A stretch of 63,576 bases of DNA, the filler included, from Asterionella formosa (Eukaryota), in NCBI GenBank assembly GCA_002256025.1. It is 6 parts of 6 records of this genome, joined end to end, with 100 filler letters (N's around TTAATTAATTAA, not from the genome) between each part and the next. Parts side by side here need not be neighbours in the genome. Positions count along the whole stretch, not along the records: positions 1 to 28,066 come from NKIB01001314.1; 5 more parts are not named here. One strand, given 5' to 3'. Shown here one piece after another: positions 12,431-23,431 of the stretch. The number at the start of each line of letters is the position of its first letter. Within the stretch, counting starts at the first letter, position 1. The notes beneath the pieces are model-generated. The model was given only the letters and a program-made list of their open reading frames with translations. It was not told where the DNA came from and did not search any database. A program made the translations under genes and the position numbers.

Positions 12431-12680
12431 GGATGTGGATCAAGCTGGGTTAGCCGCTTGGGTGGCTGCAATTACTGGTATCGGGTTCGATTCCAACATT
12501 CTCCACCTGCTTTGTTTATGTAGTCCCTTCGGGTTCCGGGTTGTGAGGCAGACAACAAGCAGGTCTAAGGCCCTCTGGGGGGGGGCCAAGTGTTTCCCAA
12601 TCTCCACAATTGTTGAGCGAGTTCTTAAACAATAGCGTACATTAAAATTTACTGACTAATTTTATTTAACTTTAATTTGT
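12431..12680 (+). mobile_element. Putative tRNA-derived SINE or structured ncRNA, copy A
   Basis: A-box-like TGGATCAAGCTGG, B-box GGTTCGATTCC (12484-12494), tRNA-like end CATTCTCCA, hairpin 12505-12564, further small hairpins and an AT-rich tail. Homologous to 38183-38309. Confidence 0.6.
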
Positions 12681-13065
12681 AACAGTTATCATTTCATATC
12701 GATGCATCCTTTCGTGTGTTGTGCCACCTCTTGTTCACTGTATATATGAGTTCCATAATTTCACTTTCACTGACCACCATGTCGACTTTCCTCTCATCTC
12801 CTGATGACGACAATGATGCCATGAGTGAACTAAAGCATTACAGAGAGACGAAGAAAACTTCAGCTTTTCTCAACAAGTCTTTGATCAAATCAGGGTAGCT
12901 AGAGCGAGGATACATGCTGGACTTGACAGAAAATTCACAATGAGGTATTGCCCTCCAAGACTCTACACTCCAAAACAAATGCCATCAGCGGCGCTTGCAT
13001 AGCTTGTTGCCCAATCATGCAATGTACTGAGTCAACATATTCCCAGCACTTTCAACAACAAGTTT

Positions 13066-13293
13066 GTGTCAATCCCCATGAAGATGGAGGTGAAATCAAT
13101 CATGATTTTTGATGAAATTAAAAATCGAATTCAAAAATTGCAAGAGCAATTGGCAGCAAGCCCAACCTATTCCCGACTTTCAATGAAAGGCTTGTATCAA
13201 TCCCCATGGCGGGGACAGAGGTGAAAGGAATCAAGTTTTCGATGACATTAAAAATAAATTTCAACAGTTGCAAGAGCAATTGGCAGCAAATCC
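13066..13293. repeat. Imperfect direct repeat, two ~100-bp units ~128 bp apart
   Basis: TCAATCCCCATG..GAGGTGAAA..GATGA.ATTAAAAAT..TTCAA...TTGCAAGAGCAATTGGCAGCAA occurs at 13066-13162 and 13194-13293. Confidence 0.75.
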
Positions 13294-14399
13294 AAATGTA
13301 TTGCATCTGTAGATAGTGAAAATGAGCTGCCAGCAGTGGAGATAGTGGACTGTGTTTTGTCTGGAAAATAAATTCCATGATGACGCCATTGCTGTACAAA
13401 GGATATTGCATTAATGAAGGTCCATATTTTCATCTAAAATGTATTTTTGTTCAATGCCAGTGTTGATGACATAATAGGGATATTACATCTAACAAATAAA
13501 TATGTAGAATGGTTAAATGCACTCAGTTTCTTCATTTTGCTTTATAATCAGCAACCAATACAGGCACTGCAAATGAATTGATAGTGCCACCACTCACATT
13601 GTATTGCAGGTGGACTGTGAGCAAGAAGGGAACATCACAACATCAACCAAAGCAGGCAAGTAGTGAGCATCTAATATATATTTAGGATGATTGATGTGTA
13701 AGTATGTATGTGCATACTGGTACCTATTTTGGTGGGAGCAAACCCTTTTGAATATGAGCAAGCACGAAGACTTGAGATATTCCAGAAAATTCTATGTAGG
13801 CATTCATGCCTATAGATCATCTTCTATAATGCGCTGTCATTTAAAACTGTAAAAATTTGTGTTTGTGTTATTGGGTACAACGATTTGTGTTTCAATACAC
13901 ATGCTATATGGCTGGGTGCATAATTGAAGAGCATAAAGTGGTACAAAACATTATTTCTAAAAATATAGCTAAATATTTTTGTGCAATAAATGTTTTTCTC
14001 TCAAAACCATCACCATGTTGATTGCACTCAGTTGGTTCCCTCTGCTTCCATTTCATGCCCTGTGTTTTCTTTGTTTCCCAAGAATAGTGATGTCGCTTCT
14101 TTGCATAATAAAAGCGTCACAACGTGATTATTAGGGGTTTCAAGGCAAATTCGAACTGGAGAGATGATGGAAAATATTGAAGTTGGATCGCTCAACAAAA
14201 GACCCAAGTTGATGCACTCAACTGAAGCTGATACTCCCTCGTCCATTGAAGCCTCTCAATTAGCATCAACAATTTCGGATAAAATAGAGCAAGAGTAAGC
14301 TTGTCCGAACACAAAATCTTGGAAGTCAGGTGAGCATATCATCGAATTTTTATTGCTGAATACTTCACGCAAGAGGTTAATGCTCCAAGGTACATTTTA

Positions 14400-15800
14400 C
14401 AACAGAAAAATCTGAACTTCTAGATTTACAAGGTTTAGCTGTCAAGAAAAAAGAATTTGATTACAGTGACCATGATGGAATCCCTATGGTAGAATACCAT
14501 GTGGACAACTTAGATACCTCACCAGATCTTCCAAGAGGAGGCAATTGTTGTTGGAAAGAAAATGACGAGCAAACTGTTATGATTGTTGGACAGGATGAAG
14601 CAATATTAAAACAATTCTTGTTGAATTCCAAGATGTGGACAGGTATGGATGGCAAGAGACCCTAATAACGAAAGATTAGGCAGGAGTAATGATCAGCCCA
14701 TTTATCACTCAAGAGCATGGCTTGATACAAGAAATTGATGACAATATTCTTACAATAGTCTAAGCCAAATGATTTGGAGTGAGTTATGCAGATGAGGAAG
14801 CTGCAATTGATGTACATGGGAACAAGAAGAAGAAGCCATTGACAAAAATTCTCCATTCTTAGTCTACTTTGATTATGGAGAAAATTGGGATGGCTACTGG
14901 AATTACAATCACATGTTGTGTCAACTCGAAGACAGAATTCATTTACTAAATGTGATGCATTGACAATATAAGTTTGTTTATCTATTCAGCCATTCAATTG
15001 GACACAGTAAACATAGACCTGATGGATTGAGTTCAGTCAGAATGAAATACCTATGGTGGAAAATGATTGCCCATGCAATCTACAATCACTGAACAAAAAG
15101 CAAGATTCCTTGGCCCCTTTCAAAGACATTTACAGCCTGGTCAAACAAAGCACCAAACAACCAACCTGATGATGTGGGCCCATGTTGGATGACTCCTCCT
15201 GAACAAGAAGCAAGTTGACATGATACCATCATTGGAGTACCCAGGGAAATGCAAAGAAGTCCAGCTCAATTCATTTTTGATCTTGCTGCTAAGGGAGCCA
15301 ATACTAAAGGGAAGAATAATTTGATCTGCTGCTCTTCTGTCCATAATATCATGTGCCAAGTTCAATGCAAATCTTAAGGGTCAAGGAGGATTGGGAAGGA
15401 GAACCAAAGAGATTAGTTCAAGTGCTTTGGGAAACAGGATTAATTGATGGAACAAAGTTGAATAGCTACACACTTACTGCTTGAAAATATTCATTTGGCC
15501 TAATGGAGAGAGAGGGCGCAACACCAGTCTTTGACATCCGATGTCCCTGCGCTCTGACTTCTTGAATGAACAAGGCATGATGTAGGTGTGAAATACATGT
15601 GGGCAGCCCATGTGCCAAAGGCACAGACCAGAATCTGGCATTGAAGGAGAAGAAGAAGAAATCGAATTTCATGGCAAGTGTTAAAACATGTTTGTCAGCA
15701 GAAGTTATTACAGGAGCCTAAATATCATGGAAAATTTCTTGACAAGCTTGCCAGTATATGTTGGCTTACTAGCACCATGCTCTTGATTCTGGCTTATTTG
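14400..15800 (+). mobile_element. Degenerate DDE transposase remnant (IS630/Tc1/mariner-related); boundaries approximate
   Basis: Fragments IVGQDEAILKQF (from 14582), DYGENWDGYWNYNHMLCQLED..FVYLFSHSIGHSKHRPDGL (14862-15047), VLWETGLID and CSDFLNEQGMM, interrupted by stops and frameshifts. Confidence 0.7.
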
Positions 15801-16533
15801 AACCAGAACTACAGCAGTAGCAGCACTCCAAGCATGGCACTGTCGAAATTGATGACCTTAATTTTTATTATGAGAGAGAGCCCGAAATTTCTGTATCATT
15901 AGAGCGAGCCCAGTAAAAACGAATACAAGTTACATATTGTAATGTCATTAAACTTTATTCGGAGAAACTATCGTCTATAGTTTGTATGATTGGGTCATTA
16001 TGTTATGCAGAAGTATGAATACCGGTTCTACATGAGGGAATCCCTTTGCTTCCTGATGAGTTGACGAGTCATTCTGCTTTGTTGTACAGCAGGTTGTACT
16101 TAAGGTCACCATCTGTTCATCAGGCATTTTGAAATTTCATTTTTAACTAACTATATACACCGATGCTTTCTAATGCAATTTCAAGTCACAATCTATCTAC
16201 ATATGTACAACATGGATACACAGTTACTCCGACATTCCATGTTAACTGGTAAAATACCTCTTTCCTAAGGTATGGTCCCAAGTACATGGTACCGGACGTC
16301 TATTCTGCATTTTACATAAGTATCTTCTTTTCATCTAGTATGTACAAAGTTCTGTTCTTCGTCTTGTTGCCAAACCGGTAAAGTATCACTTCCGGTATAT
16401 CATTCCTAGTGTGGTTAGTTGTTTGTTCGTTTTCTCACCGGCTTACTTTGCGGTTATTATCCATAGGCTCTGTTTGACTGCGGTAGTAACAAGCGTATAA
16501 ACTGCATACAATAAGGAAGCAAATAATAGAGAA

Positions 16534-18320
16534 ATGAAACATACAGCTCGAAAGCGACGAGGAGCAACAGCGAGGCTAAAGTCCTTGCTCATGACTGGCG
16601 GCAATAGGCTCAGTGTTTTGGTAATGAGTGTAACTATCGGAGGATTATTAATCCTAGCTTTACTTCAGAGCTCTTTCTTTTGGCCTTCAAGTAAGGAAGC
16701 TGGCAGGAAGGTTATGACAGATCATTTGAAGGGCCTGCGGATCTGGGATGAGCACCGAGAAGAGTTTCTGGAACAATTAAGTAAGGAAGTTAGCCTAAAT
16801 TTGTGCGCCTACCTACCAAGGCGAAGTACAGCAAAGGAAATATGGATGAACTTCATTGGTGCTGTGTTGGCGTCTTCGAAACATCCAGATGATTCAAAAT
16901 TTATTCACGAAGAATGGACTAAACAATTGCTTTCTGAGCTATCTCCTTCGCTCCTTGCGAAGACTTTGCATTCCGTGCCGCCAGGGGAGAGTACACAACG
17001 GATTTTGGAAATTATTCAACGAAAGCTGAAGAATCCAGAAAACGCACCGCCCCTTCGTATTGCAGTTGTGGGTGGGAATTTTGCAGAAGGTGAAGGCTGT
17101 GATATTGCATCAGTTCAGGTACCGGAAGGTTCGGTAATGGCGAATCCCTCCTTCTGCGCTTGGCCGTATAGATTACAAGGATTTTTGAATGCACTCATGG
17201 GTGGTATAAAATGGGTAGAAGTGACAAATATGTCGGAAGAGGGAACTGATACTGGATTCATGACTCCATTGATGTAAGTAGCTTTGGCTTCGTATGCTTA
17301 TCTTAAGCTAAAAATGCGTACAGCACTTTTGCTAATATCCATCGCCTTTTCTGACGTGACATTAGTCGCAACTGGATCTATCCTTTCAACTTGACGCCTC
17401 ACGGACCCGATATCATTGTTAATTCCTACGGGCGGTATGACTATGAGAAATATGGAAGAGATCCGAATGTGAAAGTGGAAGATACGGTTCAATCCGAAAT
17501 GAACACCTTTTTGCAAGCTATTGAATGGTCACATCCATGTGGTCCAAAGCCATTGCTTGTACACATGGATGATGTCGGAGTTTCATTAGACAAGCTCAAT
17601 ACGATCCTTTCGATTCGGCACTATGATGCCTTTGAAAAGGCAATGGCCGCCGATTCCCATGCACACAAGCAGTTTGCAATGGCGGGCCATATGGCCATGG
17701 CATGGGTAATTGCCTTCAATTTTCTAGAAGTTACCCTCCAACACTGTGCCAATGCATCACATAAACTGATACCGCCAAAAGAAGAAGTTAATGACACAAT
17801 ATGCCACGATCCTTCAACGGGAGATGCCACATGTCCCTTTGCCTTTTTTGCCGGACCAATGGGAACAGTTCGAAAGGTGCCAGAATTGCAAAAGTATATC
17901 CAGCCATTCTTGATTCATAATAATGGCTGGAAGGTTATCAGTGATATGAGCACTGGATGGTCACGAAAGACTGGTCTAGTAGCAGTTGAACAGAAGGCAA
18001 ATATTCTTTTTCGAATTTCCGACATTCAAAAGGAGGTTCGCTACTTTCACCTCATGACGCTCAAGAGCAACAAGGAGGCGTGGAGGGATGGCAAGGCACG
18101 GTTTAGAGTCGCAATTTTGGATCCACAGGACAAAGATAAGGCGTCTGTGGAGGCACAATTCGACATTGATGGCTATCACGATAATGAAACAGATATTACC
18201 TATCATTTCAGTATTGATCTTGGGGATCAGAAGGCGGTCATTGGCAGCGACGTCATACTTTCAATAGAGATGCTTCAAGGAACCGGCTTCAAGATTTTGG
18301 GACTCATGTTTTGTTCATGA
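16534..18320 (+). CDS. Type II membrane protein with an SGNH-hydrolase-like domain; exons 16534-17273, 17366-18320, ~564 aa
   Basis: N-terminal TM helix, LRIAVVGGNFAEG (block I-like), GPDIIVNSYG (block III-like) and GHMAMAWVIAFNFL. GT-AG intron 17274-17365. Confidence 0.7.
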
Positions 18321-18362
18321 AACATTTACTATAGCATCCTTTAGTTTCCTTTACTTTGAATT

Positions 18363-20105
18363 TTAACTGGTTCTCGCCAAAGCAAGTGCCAGAAATCGAA
18401 TGGCTCGGTAAGCGTCGTTGTCATTCACGACTGATGTTGCGTTCATCCTTTCTCCTAGACCAGTGGCTGCCAAGTATGCATTCTTCCATTCTTCCACATC
18501 CAAAAGGTGATCTTCCTCCGTAATGAACTGCAAAACTTTCAAAAGTAAATCTAAGGATCCATTTCTGTGCATTTCCTCAATACAAAGTTGCTCTTGTGCC
18601 GTATTGACAGTATGACCAAGAAGGTCGCAAGCATAAACTTCAATGAGTCCACCATCGCCCGAGTATATAAGAACAGGCAGGGGAGTATTTCCTTCCTTTA
18701 TGTTAATATTTCCCGCTGTAAAACCATGTAGGTATCGAAGTGCTTCACCATCCTCTTCGTCGTCCTTTTCAGGAAACAGAAAGACCGGTACAGCGGATTG
18801 TGTTTCGCTTTTAGACGCGATCGGCAATAGATACGTCGTCCCTCCTCGTAGGCTACACGCCAAATGCGGCCCATTAGTGAGGTTGACCTGCCCCAGCCCA
18901 ATTGCTGGGAACTGCATCAACGCTTGGTTAATGTCATTTTCGACTCCCCACAAGAGAGATGGCTTCTCGTTGGCCAGGACGACGTTGGAATGCAAGATGG
19001 CGACCGTGCCATCGGAAAGCACTGTGGCAAAGAAGCCCTCGCCGGCGACCAACCGATCGCTGCCCATGCTAGCGCGACCACTTTGTCTCCGAGGAAGCAT
19101 GTCGTCAGTAGACGAATCTACCAACTCCCTGCCTTCGCCTGGCCAAATAAGGTAATCTCGGAGCGCTAAAGAATCTATGGACTCATTTCGATTTTTCCAA
19201 TCATCGGCGATCGTTGAAATATCAAGCACTTCCAGTGTTGAGGAGGACGTTGGCTTGCCTAAACCCTCGTGAGGGGGAGGCTGTCCAATGCAAACCGCAA
19301 GGTAAGGCGTTCTGCCGCCGCGATCAATGGTTGATATAGATAGAATGCATGTGTCAAATGCACCTCTCCACACTAACTTGATAGTCGACTGGTTCCATGA
19401 AGGAATGCGCTTGTTTTCTTGTTCAATGACTGGTACTGTCAACTGCCAGGCAGCGAGGCAGCCAGAGCGATAACTGACAAACACTGTGCCATCATTCTGA
19501 ATGCAAACATTTGAGGGAGAGAGCGATCCAGTTTCACAGCTAAATACCAGTTTCGGCACATTGTCTTCGTCATTGTTCACATCAACTACGTGCATCTCCC
19601 CTTCGCAAGTCAATGCAACAACATGTTCTGACTCGTGACCTGCAACTAGGCAACCAACAGCAAGTGCCACAACCGATCCAGAAAGCTGTACAACATGCGT
19701 TGGCAACACTGCATCTCTATCTAGCTGCTGCTTTCGCAAAGCTGCCTTTTCTTGTGAGCCTGCAAGTCCAATCTGGGATTTCTGCTCATTGTACTTGAGA
19801 GAATAAAACAGAAGCCGACTATCGTCTGTAGCAGACATGACATAATTGAGCAAAATCAGTGGTGCCACGGGAGCAGCACCGGCATAGATTGCATGATCCG
19901 GAGATAGCTTGGGGTGCACGAGTGTACAGATACGGCAAAATGTCCTCGGTTGAAGGGTTCGTAGTTGCCAAACGCCATGCAGTGGAGACGACACGGAGGG
20001 TGGGTGATCCAATCCTCCTGCAACCACTTGGGTTCCTGCTCGACGGCGGCGATGACGCTGTTGCTCCTGTTCATTGACAACTACGTGTTGTCCTCCTCCT
20101 CCCAT
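18363..20105 (-). CDS. Hypothetical protein, 580 aa, possibly beta-propeller-like
   Basis: Uninterrupted ATG-started ORF with many short beta-strand-like segments (VVALTCEGEMHVVDV, VFVSYRSGCLAAW, ATVLSDGTVAIL). Confidence 0.7.
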   Translation of the reverse strand: MGGGGQHVVVNEQEQQRHRRRRAGTQVVAGGLDHPPSVSSPLHGVWQLRTLQPRTFCRICTLVHPKLSPDHAIYAGAAPVAPLILLNYVMSATDDSRLLFYSLKYNEQKSQIGLAGSQEKAALRKQQLDRDAVLPTHVVQLSGSVVALAVGCLVAGHESEHVVALTCEGEMHVVDVNNDEDNVPKLVFSCETGSLSPSNVCIQNDGTVFVSYRSGCLAAWQLTVPVIEQENKRIPSWNQSTIKLVWRGAFDTCILSISTIDRGGRTPYLAVCIGQPPPHEGLGKPTSSSTLEVLDISTIADDWKNRNESIDSLALRDYLIWPGEGRELVDSSTDDMLPRRQSGRASMGSDRLVAGEGFFATVLSDGTVAILHSNVVLANEKPSLLWGVENDINQALMQFPAIGLGQVNLTNGPHLACSLRGGTTYLLPIASKSETQSAVPVFLFPEKDDEEDGEALRYLHGFTAGNINIKEGNTPLPVLIYSGDGGLIEVYACDLLGHTVNTAQEQLCIEEMHRNGSLDLLLKVLQFITEEDHLLDVEEWKNAYLAATGLGERMNATSVVNDNDAYRAIRFLALALARTS

Positions 20106-21665
20106 GCTAGCTCCGTTTCATTCCACGCGAAGTCACAACTTGGCACTTGAAATTATGACATTATGCCTTGGCGTGCAATGGTTAGGGTTGCGTATTCTTG
20201 GCAAGATATCAAGTCACATACCGGCTACTACGTAGCTATGCCGGTTCCTCGTAGATCTATGTACCTGGTACTCGTTCCCGGGATCATACATAGTGGTTGG
20301 GGTACCTGGTACCTGGTACCAGGTAAATGATGTGATATGGAGTACCGGTACATACGTGACATGATTACCGGTACCCTGCTACCTGGTACCAGGTACTTAC
20401 TACCGGTCGGCCAATGTTAGACCATACGTATGTACATCAAATACAGTAGGCTTTGTCCATGTACCAGTACTCCTACGTATGTATTGTTTAAATTTTAGGC
20501 TACCGGTATGTACGATTGTCATCACATTGTTGCTCTGGTGATCACATACTAACACATATGATACCGCTTCGTACCAGGTACCGTAATAAAAAAATAAGTA
20601 AAGCAAAAATATAATCTGTGGGTAATCAATCGTCTCAGGCTTATTTTGCCGCAACGTCCTTGCCCCAAATACAGATATTGCTATGTACTTCCGCATAGAA
20701 AAGGACTCACAGCTATGATCTGTATCCGTTCACGAATGAATGCATTGACAATGATCTACCGCCGGTAAGCCGGCACACTTACATCGTCCAGTATACCGGT
20801 ATGGATATGATAGAGGTGCACGATGGGTCCCATACCCATAACGGCGTTCGCTTGTGGTAGACCTTGCTACATACATCAAGAAGACATCATACCGGTACTT
20901 TTATCCATTGCACGAACTTTTGATAACACTTACTCACCTACTATTGGACGTGCTTCCAAAGATTTTTCCTGCTAGCTAGATTTAGATTTGTTGAATGGAA
21001 GACAGGATGATGGGGTTGTGATTCACATCTAGCTACAGTTCAGTAAGTGGGGCGGAGATAATGTAGGAAGCTGACAAAGAACTCATTACAGATATAGGCC
21101 GGTGGTCCTTCTCAAAAATAAGTTTGAGCCTCTCAAAATGCTATCATGAGTGAACAATGATTCTATTCAGTGAGGTAATATTCATCAATTTAATAATTAA
21201 AGGTACAATTGTAGAAAAGAAAGACAAACACCACTTCCAGTTGGAGTAGAAAGTATAATGTGCTGCTCTTCTTGTATGCGTGCATGTAGTTAGTGTGCAG
21301 TATCATGAAGCGTGGTATTGATTATGTAAATAACATTCAGCAGTTGTTGCCATGTCACAAGTAGCCCAAAAAGAGATCGACGTTGATGAATTAAATCATC
21401 AAAGTTGAAGCGAATATACAACTAGTTGGCAATAGCCAACATCTCTTGAAAGTCCAAAAAAGTTCCATTCTGAAAACCCATTCCCCTCGAGACATTTCCC
21501 TTGATTCTCGACTTGATGTTTCATTGACAACGTTTCCTGTGTGTTAATATACAATGTGCAAAGTGCGCATTCATACAAGAAAAGTAACACAGTAAAAGAT
21601 CCATATCTATTGACAGCGGCATTTGCAATCTAATGCACAATAGGAGATGCCCCCCGGGCGATCAC

Positions 21666-22502
21666 CTAATACCAAGTCAAGGATCCACTCCAGAAGGAGT
21701 CGTTGTCAAAGAAGACGTCTATGTTCGTTTCTGTTCCAGAACATGGAGAAGTGATCTTTACCATTTCTTCAGGATTTCCAAATGTCTCGATCTTGTCCTC
21801 GTGCAAAACGACAACACGAGAAATGTGGTGGCGGCCACCAGCTTGGTCAGAAGTAGCGAAAAGGTTGCTTAGCTCTTCAACGTCGACGGGTGTAGTCGAA
21901 GGGTCGACGTCAAGTTCTGCGAGCAGCTTGCGTTCCAAACGATATTCTTGACGAAATCTGAAGAGAGGAGCAGGATACATAAGTGAGAACCAGTATCTCA
22001 GGACACTTAGATTGATAAGAAATCAATGAACAACAGGACACATTCATAACAAAAAAAGGTGCCAGTCCCTGACTTCAGTCCACATTTTGAATTCTAAAAA
22101 AAGGTGCCAGTCCCTGACTTCAGTCCACATTTTGAATTCTAAATAAATCGCAACAGCTCGCAGATATTGCCTTTCCATTTCTTACCTTGTAAGTTGTTCC
22201 GGAGAGTAGAAAAGAAATGGCACGTCCTCGATGGGGGTCCGTGGGCACTCTTTAATCTCCGTTACTAAAGAATCCGCAAAGGATACCCTGCGATCGCTTG
22301 AAAGGGACGAACACTCAGTCGATGCAAGGGAACAGCAGTCATCGTCGTAGGATTCTACAGGCGACGACTGTTGGTCCTTGGGATACGATACTTCTACCCA
22401 TTCATCCTCGTCCACTGGATTGGATTGAAAGTGATGAAGAGGAAGAGTCGGCGCTCTACTTAAGACTGTCAACAAGGCATCGCGTTCAATCTTAATAGTC
22501 AT
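21666..22502 (-). CDS. Hypothetical 202-aa protein with an RVSF motif; exons 22502-22186, 21957-21666
   Basis: A GT-AG intron (22185-21958) joins two ORFs in frame, giving RRVSFADSLVT..RT..LFYS..TRFRQEY. Confidence 0.75.
22051..22140. repeat. Perfect 45-bp tandem duplication inside an intron
   Basis: AAAAAAAGGTGCCAGTCCCTGACTTCAGTCCACATTTTGAATTCT at 22051-22095 and 22096-22140. Confidence 0.95.
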
Positions 22503-23173
22503 GATGAAAGGAATGCTTGATTCGTTGTCGATTGAAAAACAGCAAACGGTCGTGTTTCTTAATTTTTTCCGAAAAGCAAGGGGAGAGCACAAAATATGCG
22601 GTGAGAATTTTATGTTCATGACCTACAATTGGTTTCCTTCTACGTGGTTGACAGTAGCGGTCTGGTACTTCTCCTCAAATGTAAAAGTTGTGCATGCCAG
22701 TGTGTACCTAGTACCAGGTTCTAGGCAGAAAGTTTACAGTAAATGCAGGTATTTGTTGCACCTACATAGACTGCCAAGTACCAATCGCTTTCCTCGTGCA
22801 TCCGAAGCGAGGGATCGATCTTTGTATTAAATGTATGTAGGAACAAAAGTACCGGTATGTGATAATGTCCCTTTTTATATCCTTATCCATTGTGATTGAA
22901 TTCTTAAACAGAAAAAAGGGAATGGTTTTGATTGGTTACTACCAGGAGTAGGTGCTTCTGGGGTTTTACCGTCGCTTCATTCGTTATTGGCGAACACAAC
23001 TCCTCGGTGCAAACACCCCTCTCATGATTTTACCATGAATGGAATTCAACGCTCCTTGCTCTTATAAAAGCAAGTAGTGCAAAATTATCAAGCTATATTT
23101 CTCCAAGCAGTACCTGCTACATACAGTATGTACTACCGAGTGCTCTCGAAAATAGTTCCACAAGTGTACAAGC

Positions 23174-23431
23174 CACCAGGTACCTGTACTTTAATGGAGT
23201 CGTACCAGTTACCGGTACCGGTACCAGAGACCTGGAATTCCCTGAAAGAAAGGTGCACGTAAGTACTGGTATCATCAAAGCAACATTACATCGACCATCA
23301 TTTCAGACACATTCCGCAAGCATTGCTGCCATACCGGTACCAGGTATGTGGTACCAAGTACCAGTACCAGGGTACCTGGTACCTGATACTTTACTTAATA
23401 TGGTACCCTGGTACCAGGTACCTGGTACCGG
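23174..23431. repeat. TACC(A/T)GG / GGTACC palindromic repeat array (one of ~15 intergenic clusters)
   Basis: Runs such as GGTACCTGGTACCTG and GGTACCAGGTACCTGGTACCGG. Confidence 0.85.

Noticed and set aside
12431..12505. Functional tRNA gene
   Set aside because: The B-box is good, but the acceptor stem and anticodon arm do not form a canonical cloverleaf.
18643..19155. Antisense ORFs of 100-170 aa (also 1370-1675, 36343-36852, 41779-42204, 42571-43002)
   Set aside because: They are shadows of well-supported genes on the opposite strand, with no recognisable motifs.
23174..23431. CRISPR array, or VPGTWYQVP-type proteins from the TACCWGG clusters
   Set aside because: There is no fixed repeat-spacer period and no cas genes, and the context is eukaryotic. 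The peptides are translation by-products of the 7-mer repeat.
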